Shown here: positions 17,901 to 26,403 of the stretch, piece after piece
Position numbering within the stretch: the first letter of the stretch is position 1
Layout of the letters: the number at the start of each line of letters is the position of its first letter
Assembly: GCF_014280175.1 (NCBI RefSeq)
Contig: NZ_CP047931.1
Span: forward strand, 1,290,001 to 1,322,000
DNA from: Synechococcus sp. A15-28
Lineage (GTDB): Bacteria > Cyanobacteriota > Cyanobacteriia > PCC-6307 > Cyanobiaceae
Length of the DNA stretch: 32,000 nt
Direction of reading: 5' to 3'
The notes under the pieces: model-generated
Databases searched by the model: none
What the model was told of the DNA's origin: nothing
The model's input: the letters and a program-made list of their open reading frames with translations, nothing else
Translations under genes and position numbers: made by a program

Positions 17901-19324
17901 CGATCGAGGGCCAGGACCCCGGAGGCCTTCGACCAGGACGCCCGAAGATCCCACTGCTGCAGAACAAGATTGCGATCCTGGGAAAGATCCAGCAACAGCT
18001 CAGGTGATGCCAGGGACCCGCTCGCCCGCAGCGCTCCGGACAGTTCAGACGTCTCGCCAAGGCTCTGCTTCAGAACCGGCCACCGTTGCCAGAACGAAGG
18101 AGCCAGGCTGAGTTCCCGACTGCGCAGATCGATCTGATCGCCGATCGTGCCGTCCAGCCGCAAGCGCAGACCAGCCGACGTGATTAGAGCGTTTTGAACC
18201 TGGATCTGACGGAACGCAGGATCAGTCCATGAAGTGCGCAGCTGGCCCTGCACACGCAAAGGTCCATCGAGCTCAGGCAGATCCACCAGTCCCGCAAGGC
18301 GCCAGCGGGGGTTGGACCAGGGGCCATCCAGTCGAAGTTGAGCGCGATCCTTGCGCTTCAGAGACGCCACGTTGATTCTCAGATCAACGGGTCCACTGAC
18401 CTGCAGAAAACCCTTGGCGTCAGCCCGCCATTCCCCCAAGCGCCATCGACTGGGATCCAGGCTCAGCCGATCGTTGCGACAGCTGAATCCAACAGCGGAT
18501 GAACGCAGGGGATCCGGCAGGGTTGTGTTCTGAAGCTCAAGATCCCTGACCTGCAGCTGCCCCTGGCAGCGAAAGCGATCGGGAGTCCATCGAATCGCCA
18601 GGTCCCCTCCAGCCTCTCCCGCTAGCTCCGTGGCATCCGGCCCGGGGAGAAAGGGCTCCAGTCGCGAGAGATCCAGGGATCGCACACGACTGCTGAGCAC
18701 CAGTTCGGGGCGATCCCAGCGTCCCTTGACGTCCACCGCAAGGCTGCCGGCGCCGTCTGGCCAACGCAGCCGCGACATCGCTGTGAATCGCTTCTGAGCG
18801 ATCTGCACCGACCCACGACTGGACAGCTGGATCTCCTCGCCAGAGGGAGTCAGGCGAATCCTGGCCGGTTGAACCAGCTCGAAGCGCAGGTCCAGATCCG
18901 GAGGTGCATCTCCGCCTTGAGGCACGTCCCCAAACCGCCAGTAACGACCATCGGCCTGGCGATCCAAAACCCCATCGAGGCCCTGCAGTTTCAGCCGCAC
19001 CACCGGCTGCCATTGCCGCAGGCTGGCCAGGGGATCGAGATGAACACTGAGCCCCTGAAGCTTGATCGTGGAGCGATCGGAGCTGGTGGGAGCGATGGCC
19101 GTCTCACCAAGGGCCACACCCCATGGCCTCAAACCCTTGTAAGGGCCGATTTTGAGCGGGTGACCGAGAGCGGCGCCGATGCGTTGTTCGAGTGGCCCGC
19201 GAAACGAACCGAGCAAATCCTCAGCGGTGGAGTTCAGAGACTGAACCGCCAGAACGGTTCCGACACCAACGGCCGCACTTGAGATGAGGACCAGGGGTTT
19301 GGACAACCGCCGCGCTACTCGCAT
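14903..19324 (-). CDS. TamB / DUF490-type translocation-and-assembly-module protein (cyanobacterial homologue of plastid Tic236), 1473 aa
   Basis: N-terminal anchor MRVARRLSKPLVLISSAAVGVGTVLAV, then about 1400 aa of repetitive beta-rich sequence (LRLxG/LxLDG-type periodicity). The C-terminus is DUF490-like and ends in an aromatic beta-signal-like motif, ...WQSQLQLFFRF. The track ORF extends to 19849, but that extension overlaps the divergent gene and has Arg/His/Gly/Pro-biased composition. Confidence 0.75.
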   Translation of the reverse strand: MRVARRLSKPLVLISSAAVGVGTVLAVQSLNSTAEDLLGSFRGPLEQRIGAALGHPLKIGPYKGLRPWGVALGETAIAPTSSDRSTIKLQGLSVHLDPLASLRQWQPVVRLKLQGLDGVLDRQADGRYWRFGDVPQGGDAPPDLDLRFELVQPARIRLTPSGEEIQLSSRGSVQIAQKRFTAMSRLRWPDGAGSLAVDVKGRWDRPELVLSSRVRSLDLSRLEPFLPGPDATELAGEAGGDLAIRWTPDRFRCQGQLQVRDLELQNTTLPDPLRSSAVGFSCRNDRLSLDPSRWRLGEWRADAKGFLQVSGPVDLRINVASLKRKDRAQLRLDGPWSNPRWRLAGLVDLPELDGPLRVQGQLRTSWTDPAFRQIQVQNALITSAGLRLRLDGTIGDQIDLRSRELSLAPSFWQRWPVLKQSLGETSELSGALRASGSLASPELLLDLSQDRNLVLQQWDLRASWSKASGVLALDRFSSPVLRAEAQLPIRFQNGAAQLGELKAGFALTSLPLARLSALTSIPLEGRLSARGRFQGPLSDVNSTVALDLVRPGVGPLQLPERWQGQLTGSTRSEFNLRLASQAPATDGDLTARLASSGWPLQADLRRGGGSLTVRPGAERQLRWRADQLSIAGLQLSLPTASASGPLQGRLSGDGVLALKPVELVGDLHLDDPKLRGIALKRIELEGRVAAGRFQTRGRLQPQQGEIQLTAQGRVGGNLRSRIEASGLDVPWLVQMAQQLRGGQLPTAGPLGRAEDLGTLVIDTFGGSLEGHLRALQRSRQWLEVYDRDHPQPRVDPGDLRGRLDAVLNLAGPDLASLSLEAEARAHLWMDGENQDRMLQLEPVVAQLSGPLQGGQGRFSLLHLPFSLLALVAPVPSALRGAIGITGSYDLTGRGPLLTTELALEQARFGEQALRLERQAVVLASDGLQLDLALRSDGAAEALQVRGSIPLNLRDALDLELESHGDALSFLAAPAGDALTLTRGSSDLRLILSGYLDQPQANGFLVVRDGAFTAAEQSFKNVNASLLFDFNRVEVSQLAATLESGGSVSAAGAIGLFTPREEETPLSIRLTKGTFRQERVDLAADGEITLRGALSQPLISGQLNLRQGVIQPRGGLLSRLRRAGGASPKQGVQPFQANASTPVTTAALLEEGWDFQDPLVLFGPGAPAQLPAAFQNLMPNLSAVRFRNFRLGLGPDLQVRMPPLISFQGGGQLLVNGPLDPSLELRGLIRLNRGRVSLFSTTFRLDARAPNVAVFTPSLGLVPFVDIAMKTRVSDAVQPGTAGNASTANVFETNGLGTIGDGGGQLRLVKITVQAAGPADRLIGNLDMRSAPPLSEPQLMALIGGNSLSGLAGAGGGALATVLGQSLLSPVLGTLTDAMGQRMQIALFPTYVTPDIKDDNERTSGRVAPTFTLVTEIGVDVTDRFDFSVLAAPNTSDVPPQTTVTYQVNPNTALSGSVDSNGTWQSQLQLFFRF

Positions 19325-19336
19325 CAACTGCGACGA

Positions 19337-19363
19337 TTGCCCCCAGAGCTCGCGCAATATAAG
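19337..19363 (+). promoter_or_regulatory. Candidate promoter in the 66-bp divergent spacer (TTGCCC-N15-TATAAG); the AATATA core could also serve the minus strand
   Basis: This is the only AT-rich hexamer in the spacer between the TamB-like start (19324) and the Ycf51-like start (19391). The spacing is short (15 nt) and the -35 match is weak. Confidence 0.25.
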
Positions 19364-19390
19364 GAGCCCTTTTCCTGGAGACCACCCGCC

Positions 19391-19840
19391 ATGGCCCTTG
19401 ATCAGCTGCTGCTCACCGCGGCGCCCTGGCTGGGCTGGTCTGGCCTGGCACTGGGTGTGTTGACGATCGTGGCCTTTCTGGCGAACTGGGGACTGCGCTT
19501 TCGCTTGGTGGGGGTCAGCAGTTTCACCCTGCTTCTGGCCGTCAGCTGCTGGGCCTTTGCTGTGAGTTACACCCCGCCGGTGGTGGTTGAAGGCGCCATC
19601 CGGGCCCCTGTGGTGTTCGACAACGGCAATGACCTGGTGGTGGCCCAGGTCCCGCCGGACCTTGATTCGAGCACCGTCGAAGCCACGCTTCAGCAACTGG
19701 CGGGCAATCTGCGGGGTTCCGGGCGCGGAAGCAATGTGGTCACCGTTCGGCTGCGGGCCCTCAAGCCCATCAACGATGGTCTGAGTCAGCCAGTGATTCT
19801 GGGGGAAACAGAACGGGACTTCCGCCGCTCTGCCTCCTGA
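19391..19840 (+). CDS. Conserved cyanobacterial membrane protein (149 aa; Ycf51/DUF2518-like, from memory and unverified)
   Basis: ATG 19391; the track ORF starts at TTG 19337, inside the spacer. Two N-terminal hydrophobic helices (WLGWSGLALGVLTIVAFLANW, LVGVSSFTLLLAVSCWAFAV) are followed by a soluble domain. Confidence 0.6.
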   Translation: MALDQLLLTAAPWLGWSGLALGVLTIVAFLANWGLRFRLVGVSSFTLLLAVSCWAFAVSYTPPVVVEGAIRAPVVFDNGNDLVVAQVPPDLDSSTVEATLQQLAGNLRGSGRGSNVVTVRLRALKPINDGLSQPVILGETERDFRRSAS

Positions 19841-19853
19841 AGCCACCATCCGT

Positions 19854-20243
19854 ATGCCACCTTTGCGCGATCTGCCACAATCGTTCCGGCGGGAACAGCA
19901 GGAGCTGGATGAGGCAGGAATCGACGACTGGCTGCAGCTGCGGGATCTTGACGACGCTCAGCTGAGTCGCCTTGCCCGCAGCGGCCGCGCCTCCCCCCGC
20001 AACCTCAAACGGCTGAGAGCCATTGCAGGCTTGGTCTGTGACCTCAACCTGGCCCCGCCAGACGCGGCGCTGTTGATGCATGCCGGCATTGCCTCAAAGG
20101 CAGCGCTGGCCACCTCCACACCTGAACGGGTCGTCCAGCAGACGGGGCGCCTGGAACGCAGCCTTGGCACCGGCCGGCCAGCGGTGGTGGACCTGGCCAC
20201 GGCCCGCCGTTGGATTCAACGGGCCAGGCAACCGGGGAACTGA
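19854..20243 (+). CDS. DUF4332-like helix-hairpin-helix protein (129 aa)
   Basis: Two HhH-like repeats: AGIDDWLQLRDLDDAQLSRLA and LLMHAGIASKAALATSTPERVVQQ. It starts 13 nt after the upstream gene. The family assignment is from memory. Confidence 0.55.
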   Translation: MPPLRDLPQSFRREQQELDEAGIDDWLQLRDLDDAQLSRLARSGRASPRNLKRLRAIAGLVCDLNLAPPDAALLMHAGIASKAALATSTPERVVQQTGRLERSLGTGRPAVVDLATARRWIQRARQPGN

Positions 20244-20304
20244 CCCCTTCATCAGGCCTGGGCCTCCTGCGCCTGTTTATGACCGGAGGACAGAGAATGA
20301 CCCG

Positions 20305-20586
20305 ATGAACGTTGGTCGAATCGTCGCCTCGTTGCTCGTCTGTGGTCTTGGATGGGCCGGATCACTTGTGGCGGCGGCGGATTCAGAGCTGCTCAACGAC
20401 GTCAAGCGCAATCCACAACTGGCCCAAGCCATGTGCAGCCGCTTTCAGGACCTGAACGCCAAGGGAACATCCGCTTATTCCAAGAAAGTCACCCGAGACA
20501 TCGCCAACGAACAAAAACTCTCCAGGCAGGATGCCGAAGTGTTGGTGACCTACGTGGTGGGCATGCACTGCCCCGATGTCCGCTGA
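20305..20586 (+). CDS. Small secreted two-cysteine protein (93 aa), DUF732-like pattern
   Basis: ATG 20305 is preceded by GGAGGA (20285-20290). Signal peptide MNVGRIVASLLVCGLGWAGSLVAAA/DSE. The mature part has C...G-T-S...A-E-V-L-V-x-Y-V-V-G-M-H-C-P, resembling the actinobacterial DUF732 pattern. The upstream part of track ORF 20080-20586 overlaps the previous gene and is rejected. Confidence 0.55.
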   Translation: MNVGRIVASLLVCGLGWAGSLVAAADSELLNDVKRNPQLAQAMCSRFQDLNAKGTSAYSKKVTRDIANEQKLSRQDAEVLVTYVVGMHCPDVR

Positions 20587-22177
20587 GTCGTCTCTGATCA
20601 GCTCGCACGTCGTCGAACGCGACGGGGAGCTCCTCCTGCGGGATGGCGTGCGGTTGATGGCGCGTCTCTGGTTCCCCCGCGGCGACGGTCCCTGGCCGGC
20701 CCTGTTGATGCGACAACCTTATGGACGTCGGCTGGCCTCAACTGTGACCCTGGCTCACCCCAGCTGGTGGGCTCGGCAGGGGTACGTGGTGATCGTGCAG
20801 GACGTGAGGGGCCAGGGGGATTCCGAGGGAACCTTTCATGGCTTCTCCCAGGAAGCGGATGACACGGCCCAGACCCATGACTGGGTCCGATCGTTGCCGG
20901 AGTGCAATGGACGGATCGGTTGCTACGGCTTCTCCTACCAAGGGATGACGCAGCTTCTGGCCCCCGCTGACGCAACACCGCCGGACTGCCTCGCACCGGC
21001 GATGGCGGGCCTGGACGAACGACTGCACTGGAGCAGCGAGGGCCATGCCCATTGGTGGCACCTGAACCTGGGCTGGGGCCTGCAATTGGCGGCCCAGCAG
21101 GCACGCCGCCGCAGGGATCGCAGCGCCTGGGAAGCGATCCGTCGAGCTTTGGAGGACGGCAGCTACCTCCGGGACGGCCCCGAACTGCTGAAGCGGCATG
21201 ACCCCGACGGAATGGCCTGCCACTGGCTGGCGCAGGATCCAGCCGATCGCTCCGCCTGGCGACGCCATGACCCACCGCAATCCTGGCTGCGTCAACCGAT
21301 GCTGCTGCTGGGGGGCTGGTGGGATCCCCATCTGATGGGAATCCTGGATCTCTACAGGCGTTCTGAAGACGCCGGGGGGATGCCTGAACTGCACATCGGA
21401 CCGGCCAGTCATCTGCAGTGGTGGCCGGGAGCGCAGACGTTGTTGCTGCGGTTCTTCGATCAACATCTGAAGCATGGCCAAACCGGGCCTGGCCAGCAAC
21501 AGTTCTGGGATCTCGGTCGCCAGGAATGGAGAACCCCACCCCAGCCCGAGCCTCTGCGCTGGAGTCTTCAAGGGGATGGCCTGGCTTGCCTCGATCCCGC
21601 CAGCGGTCGGCTGGATTCAAATGATGCCGGCTGCGGTGAGCAGCGGCTTGTTCACGACCCCTGGCGTCCTGTGCCAGCCATCGGTGGTCATCTCAGCCCC
21701 TCCGCCGGGCCCGCCGATCGGCGGTCGTTGGATGAGCGAGCCGATGTGGCCACCTTCACCTCAGCACCGCTGGAACAATCTGTGGAGCTTTCGGGTCAGC
21801 CACAGCTGCTGATTCAGGCGGGAGCGGACCAACCCGGCTTCGATCTCTGTGTGGTTCTGTCTCGCCTGCCGCAGGGCAGTGCTGCCGTGGAGCAACTCAG
21901 CTGCGGCGTGATCCGCGTTCTGGGGACCGAGGCTGAACACGTAGCCGAGAGACGGGTCCTGCTCCAACCACTGCTGGCCACATGTTCTGCCGGAGATCGG
22001 CTTCGCCTTTCGCTCGCCGCAGCCGCCTGGCCGGCCATTGGTGTGAATCCAGGCACCCCTGAGCATCCCTCTGGGGCACCAAGTGCCTGCCACCGTGTGG
22101 TCACGATGACACTGGAGCTTGCTGGCTCTGTCCTGAGCCTGAACCCGTTCAACTCCGGCAGACTGAATTCCGATTGA
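20576..22177 (+). CDS. CocE/NonD-family (peptidase S15-like) serine hydrolase
   Basis: 533 aa. N-terminus LRDGVRLMARLWFP...PALLMRQPYGR, VIVQDVRGQGDSEG, and nucleophile elbow GFSYQG. The C-terminal region is long enough for the family's beta-sandwich domain. No signal peptide. It overlaps the upstream gene by 11 nt. Confidence 0.8.
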   Translation: MSAESSLISSHVVERDGELLLRDGVRLMARLWFPRGDGPWPALLMRQPYGRRLASTVTLAHPSWWARQGYVVIVQDVRGQGDSEGTFHGFSQEADDTAQTHDWVRSLPECNGRIGCYGFSYQGMTQLLAPADATPPDCLAPAMAGLDERLHWSSEGHAHWWHLNLGWGLQLAAQQARRRRDRSAWEAIRRALEDGSYLRDGPELLKRHDPDGMACHWLAQDPADRSAWRRHDPPQSWLRQPMLLLGGWWDPHLMGILDLYRRSEDAGGMPELHIGPASHLQWWPGAQTLLLRFFDQHLKHGQTGPGQQQFWDLGRQEWRTPPQPEPLRWSLQGDGLACLDPASGRLDSNDAGCGEQRLVHDPWRPVPAIGGHLSPSAGPADRRSLDERADVATFTSAPLEQSVELSGQPQLLIQAGADQPGFDLCVVLSRLPQGSAAVEQLSCGVIRVLGTEAEHVAERRVLLQPLLATCSAGDRLRLSLAAAAWPAIGVNPGTPEHPSGAPSACHRVVTMTLELAGSVLSLNPFNSGRLNSD

Positions 22178-22908
22178 TCGATCGCGCCGTGAAGCTTTCC
22201 GCTGCCCTGCTGGCCCTGTCCCTGACCGCCCCCATCGGACTGAGCACCACGGCAGCGACACCCGCCCAGGCTCAAGCCGCCACAACGCAACTGAGTCCGG
22301 CCCAGGCCACGAAGGTGTCGCAACAACTGCTCGAGGCCCTTCGTCAGCGTCAGGCCTCCGTGCTGCACCAAACCCTGACGGACAGTGTCCGCAGCAGCAT
22401 CACGATTGAACAGGTGCAGAAGCGCCTGGATCAACGCACCGCCATCAGCAACAGCAGAGTGGTCGGGGTGTCTCCCGGCTATCGCACCACCACTGTCGAT
22501 GCCGTGGTGACCACGGCAACAGGCGAAGAAACCCTGCTGATCGTGCTGGACGATGACGGCAAACTGCTGGCCTGGAAATGGACCGATCAGGTTCAAGCCA
22601 TCGAAACCACAGCCCTTGCTTTCGTCAAAGACCTGACCGAAGGCCGCTGGTTGATGGCCCGCAGCAAGCTTTCGCTTGACCTGCAGCAGGACCTGGCTCC
22701 AGCCGACTTGCAGCGCAAGTGGACCAAGCTGAACAAGGTCTCCGGCGGTTTCCGCAAGATCAAGGATGCCGTGATCGCCAGTCAGGGCGGGGACCAACAA
22801 CTGGTGCTTGTGGCGGTGGAATTCGGTAAAGCCACCTCCAACCTGTTTGTGATCTTTGACGATCGTGGACGGATCATCAACGTCGACATCTCCCGCGACT
22901 TCGTCTGA
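22174..22908 (+). CDS. Secreted protein with two tandem ~100-aa modules (DUF3887-like pattern, unverified)
   Basis: TTG 22174 overlaps the hydrolase stop (TTGA); GTG 22189 is an alternative start. Signal peptide ...KLSAALLALSLTAPIGLSTTAATPAQA. The two halves end in LLIVLDDDGKLLAWKW and LFVIFDDRGRIINVDI. Confidence 0.65.
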   Translation: MIDRAVKLSAALLALSLTAPIGLSTTAATPAQAQAATTQLSPAQATKVSQQLLEALRQRQASVLHQTLTDSVRSSITIEQVQKRLDQRTAISNSRVVGVSPGYRTTTVDAVVTTATGEETLLIVLDDDGKLLAWKWTDQVQAIETTALAFVKDLTEGRWLMARSKLSLDLQQDLAPADLQRKWTKLNKVSGGFRKIKDAVIASQGGDQQLVLVAVEFGKATSNLFVIFDDRGRIINVDISRDFV

Positions 22909-22968
22909 TTCGGCAGCGGGATCAACGAAAAATTCCGCTTAACATCGCGCCCACTTCACAGCTCTTCC

Positions 22969-25296
22969 ATGGGTGGCGCGGCAGTCCTCGACTGGATGGT
23001 TCAGGACGGCGAACGTCTCGCGAATTGTCGGCATGACCATCCACTCGCGATCCTCGGCCCGCAACCGAGTGACGCCGGCTGGACGGTTCGGGTGTGGATG
23101 CCGGAAGCCCATCGCGTGACCCTGCTGGAGGGGGCTCAGGAAAAGGAGCTGACCGCCCCGAATCACCCCTGGATCTTCGAAACAACCCTGAACCACGATC
23201 CTGGCAGCGGCTACCGGGTGCGGGTTGAGCGCGGTGGCATCACCCACGAACAGCACGATCCCTGGGCATTCCGAGGAGAGTGGATGGGCGAGATGGATCG
23301 CCATCTCTTCTCCCAGGGCAATCACCACCACATCTGGCAGCGGATGGGCGCCCACCTCGTGGAACGGGATGGGGTCTCCGGCGTCATGTTCTGCGTCTGG
23401 GCCCCCCACGCCCTCAGCGTTTCGGTCCTGGGAGATCTCAACTCCTGGGACGGGCGTCACCATCCCATGCAGCTGCGAACCGGGGGCATCTGGGAATTGT
23501 TCGTTCCAGGGCTGACGGAGGGCAAGCTCTACAAATACGAAATCCGCAGCCAGGACGGCCACTGCTACCAGAAATCAGATCCCTACGGCTTCCAGCACGA
23601 GGTGCGCCCCGACAACAGTTCGGTGGTCGCTCGCCTTGGTGGATTCGAGTGGTCGGATAGCTCCTGGATGCAGCAACGCGACAGCAGCAATCCGCTGGAG
23701 CAGCCGATCTCGGTCTACGAAATGCATCTGGGCAGCTGGATCCACGCCAGCGCCGAGGAACCCTGGATTCAGCCCAACGGCACCCCCCGAGCCCCGGTTC
23801 CTGCTGCCGACATGAAGCCCGGTGCCAGGCTGCTCACCTACGCCGAGTTGGCGGATCGCCTGATTCCTTACGTCAAGGAACGGGGATTCACCCACATCGA
23901 ATTGATGCCGATCACCGAGCATCCCTTCGATGGATCCTGGGGCTATCAGGTCACCGGTTGGTACGCACCCACCAGCCGCTACGGCACCCCTGATGAATTC
24001 CGGGCGTTCGTTGACCGCTGCCATGCCGAAGGCATCGGCGTCATCATGGACTGGGTCCCCGGCCACTTTCCCAAGGATGCCCACGGCCTGGCGTTCTTCG
24101 ATGGCACACACCTCTACGAACACGGTGATCCGCGTATCGGTGAGCACAAAGAGTGGGGAACGCTGATCTTCAATTACAGCCGCAACGAGGTTCGTAACTT
24201 CCTGGTTGCCAACCTGGTGTTCTGGTTCGAGCAGTTCCACATCGACGGTATTCGTGTTGATGCCGTGGCTTCAATGCTCTACCGGGACTATCTGCGTCCG
24301 GATGGTGAATGGCTGGCCAATGACCATGGCGGCAGGGAAAACACCGAAGCCGTTCATTTCCTGCAGCAAGCCAACCATGTGCTGTTTCAGCACTTCCCCG
24401 GTGCGTTGTCGATCGCGGAGGAATCCACCACATGGCCGATGGTGACCCAACCGACGGAAAACGGCGGCCTGGGTTTCAACCTGAAATGGAACATGGGTTG
24501 GATGCACGACATGCTCGATTACTTCGAGCTGGACCCCTGGTTCCGTCAGTTCCACCAGAACAACATCACCTTCTCCATCTGGTACACGTACACCGAAAAC
24601 TTCATGCTGGCGCTCAGCCACGACGAAGTGGTGCATGGCAAGAGTCATCTCCTCCACAAGATGCCTGGTGATGACTGGCAGAAATACGCCAACACCCGGG
24701 CACTGCTCGCCTATATGTGGACCCACCCCGGCAAGAAAACCATCTTCATGGGGATGGAATTCGGTCAGCGGGCTGAATGGAACGTCTGGGGTGATCTGCA
24801 GTGGGATCTTCTCAACTACGAACCCCACAAAGGCATTCAACTGCTGGTGGATGACCTCAACACGCTCTACAAATCTGAGCCGGCCCTCTGGCGCGATGAC
24901 TTCGACCAGTACGGATTCCAGTGGATTGATTGCAACGACAACCGTCATTCCGTGATCAGTTTCATGCGGCGGGAAAGCAGCAGTGGCACCTGGCTTGTGG
25001 TGGTGGCCAATTTCACGCCCCAGAGCCATTCCCACTACCGGGTTGGTGTTCCTCTGGCGGGCTTCTACGAGGAGATCTTCAACACCGATTCAGCCCGTTA
25101 CGGCGGCAGCAACCTCGGAAACATGGGCGGCAAGCCAACGGACGAATGGAGCATCCATGGCTACGAGAACTCCCTGGATCTCTGCCTGCCTCCCCTCAGC
25201 CTCATGGTGTTCCGCCACGACCCCAAGCGCAGCCTCCAGCAAGCATCGGCATCAGCCTGTGACAAAGCAGATGACGAAACTGCTGACACCAACTAG
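22969..25296 (+). CDS. glgB: 1,4-alpha-glucan branching enzyme
   Basis: 775 aa GH13 enzyme. Conserved regions [26 protein letters not shown] and ALSHDEV, plus an N-terminal CBM48-like region. Confidence 0.95.
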   Translation: MGGAAVLDWMVQDGERLANCRHDHPLAILGPQPSDAGWTVRVWMPEAHRVTLLEGAQEKELTAPNHPWIFETTLNHDPGSGYRVRVERGGITHEQHDPWAFRGEWMGEMDRHLFSQGNHHHIWQRMGAHLVERDGVSGVMFCVWAPHALSVSVLGDLNSWDGRHHPMQLRTGGIWELFVPGLTEGKLYKYEIRSQDGHCYQKSDPYGFQHEVRPDNSSVVARLGGFEWSDSSWMQQRDSSNPLEQPISVYEMHLGSWIHASAEEPWIQPNGTPRAPVPAADMKPGARLLTYAELADRLIPYVKERGFTHIELMPITEHPFDGSWGYQVTGWYAPTSRYGTPDEFRAFVDRCHAEGIGVIMDWVPGHFPKDAHGLAFFDGTHLYEHGDPRIGEHKEWGTLIFNYSRNEVRNFLVANLVFWFEQFHIDGIRVDAVASMLYRDYLRPDGEWLANDHGGRENTEAVHFLQQANHVLFQHFPGALSIAEESTTWPMVTQPTENGGLGFNLKWNMGWMHDMLDYFELDPWFRQFHQNNITFSIWYTYTENFMLALSHDEVVHGKSHLLHKMPGDDWQKYANTRALLAYMWTHPGKKTIFMGMEFGQRAEWNVWGDLQWDLLNYEPHKGIQLLVDDLNTLYKSEPALWRDDFDQYGFQWIDCNDNRHSVISFMRRESSSGTWLVVVANFTPQSHSHYRVGVPLAGFYEEIFNTDSARYGGSNLGNMGGKPTDEWSIHGYENSLDLCLPPLSLMVFRHDPKRSLQQASASACDKADDETADTN

Positions 25297-25344
25297 TCAC
25301 CCTCGGAACTCAGGTAGGTTTCCGGCTTACCTGATTCCGGCTTG

Positions 25345-26403
25345 ATGAGCGACACTCTGCCCCTGCTTCTGCGTGCAGCCCGCGGTGAGGTGGTGGAGCG
25401 TCCTCCCGTATGGATGATGCGTCAGGCGGGGCGTTACATGAAGATCTACCGGGATCTTCGCGACAAGTACCCCAGCTTCCGCGAACGCTCCGAGAACCCC
25501 GATCTCTCCTATGAGATCTCCATGCAGCCGTTTCACGCCTTCAAGCCCGATGGTGTGATCCTCTTCTCCGACATCCTCACGCCCTTGCCGGGGATGGGGA
25601 TTGATTTCGACATCATTGAGAGCAAGGGACCCCAGATCGGTGATCCGATCCGCTCCATGGAGCAAGTCAATGCCCTGCGACCGCTGAATCCAAGAGAATC
25701 GATGCCCTTTGTCGGGGACGTGCTCGGTCGTCTCCGCCAGAGCGTCGGCAACGAGGCCGCCGTGCTCGGTTTCGTCGGCGCCCCCTGGACCCTGGCTGCC
25801 TATGTAGTGGAAGGCAAAAGCAGCAAGAACTACGCGGTGATCAAGGCCATGGCCTTCCAGGAACCCGAGCTGCTGCACAAACTGCTCGATCACTTCGCTG
25901 AGTCGATCGCCAACTACCTGCGCTATCAGATCGACTCCGGCGCCCAGGTGGTCCAGATGTTCGACTCCTGGGCCGGACAACTCAGTCCTGCCGATTACGA
26001 CACCTTCGCCGCTCCATATCAGAAAAAGGTGGTGGACCTGGTCAAGCAGAGCCATCCCGACACCCCCTTCATCCTCTACATCTCCGGCAGTGCCGGAGTG
26101 CTCGAACGGATGGCCACCACAGGGGTGGACATCATTTCGCTGGATTGGACCGTGGACATGGGAGAAGCCCTGGCCCGCCTGCCGGAGCACATCGGTGTGC
26201 AGGGGAACGTCGATCCCGGTCTTCTGTTCGGCACCCCTGAGGCCATTGAGGCCCGCATCGACGACTGTGTGCGCAAGGCCCGTGGTCGGAAGCACATCCT
26301 CAACCTGGGCCACGGCATTCTGCCGGGAACACCTGAGGAGAACGGCGCTGCCTTCTTCCGCTCGGGCAAGAGCGTGATGGACCGCATCGGGGCCGTCGCT
26401 TGA
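25345..26403 (+). CDS. hemE: Uroporphyrinogen decarboxylase
   Basis: 352 aa from ATG 25345; the track starts one codon earlier at TTG. Motifs [29 protein letters not shown] and LNLGHGI. Confidence 0.95.
   Translation: MSDTLPLLLRAARGEVVERPPVWMMRQAGRYMKIYRDLRDKYPSFRERSENPDLSYEISMQPFHAFKPDGVILFSDILTPLPGMGIDFDIIESKGPQIGDPIRSMEQVNALRPLNPRESMPFVGDVLGRLRQSVGNEAAVLGFVGAPWTLAAYVVEGKSSKNYAVIKAMAFQEPELLHKLLDHFAESIANYLRYQIDSGAQVVQMFDSWAGQLSPADYDTFAAPYQKKVVDLVKQSHPDTPFILYISGSAGVLERMATTGVDIISLDWTVDMGEALARLPEHIGVQGNVDPGLLFGTPEAIEARIDDCVRKARGRKHILNLGHGILPGTPEENGAAFFRSGKSVMDRIGAVA

Noticed and set aside
19325-19849. The 175-codon N-terminal extension of the TamB-like ORF in the track (start 19849)
   Set aside because: The extension would overlap the whole divergent Ycf51-like gene and reads as Arg/His/Gly/Gln-rich filler. 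The internal ATG at 19322-19324 gives a classic positively charged N-terminus plus a membrane anchor.
20598-22800. Minus-strand ORFs 20598-21620 (340 aa), 20738-21571 (277 aa) and 21814-22800 (328 aa)
   Set aside because: They are antisense to the CocE/NonD hydrolase and the secreted tandem-domain gene. They have extreme Arg/Pro/Gly/Ala bias.
25312-25343. GTA-N11-TAC and a 9-bp direct repeat TTCCGGCTT (25320-25328 and 25335-25343) upstream of hemE, as a possible NtcA or other regulator site
   Set aside because: The NtcA consensus is GTA-N8-TAC, so the spacing here is wrong. The direct repeat is short, overlaps the start codon and could be chance in a 48-bp spacer.
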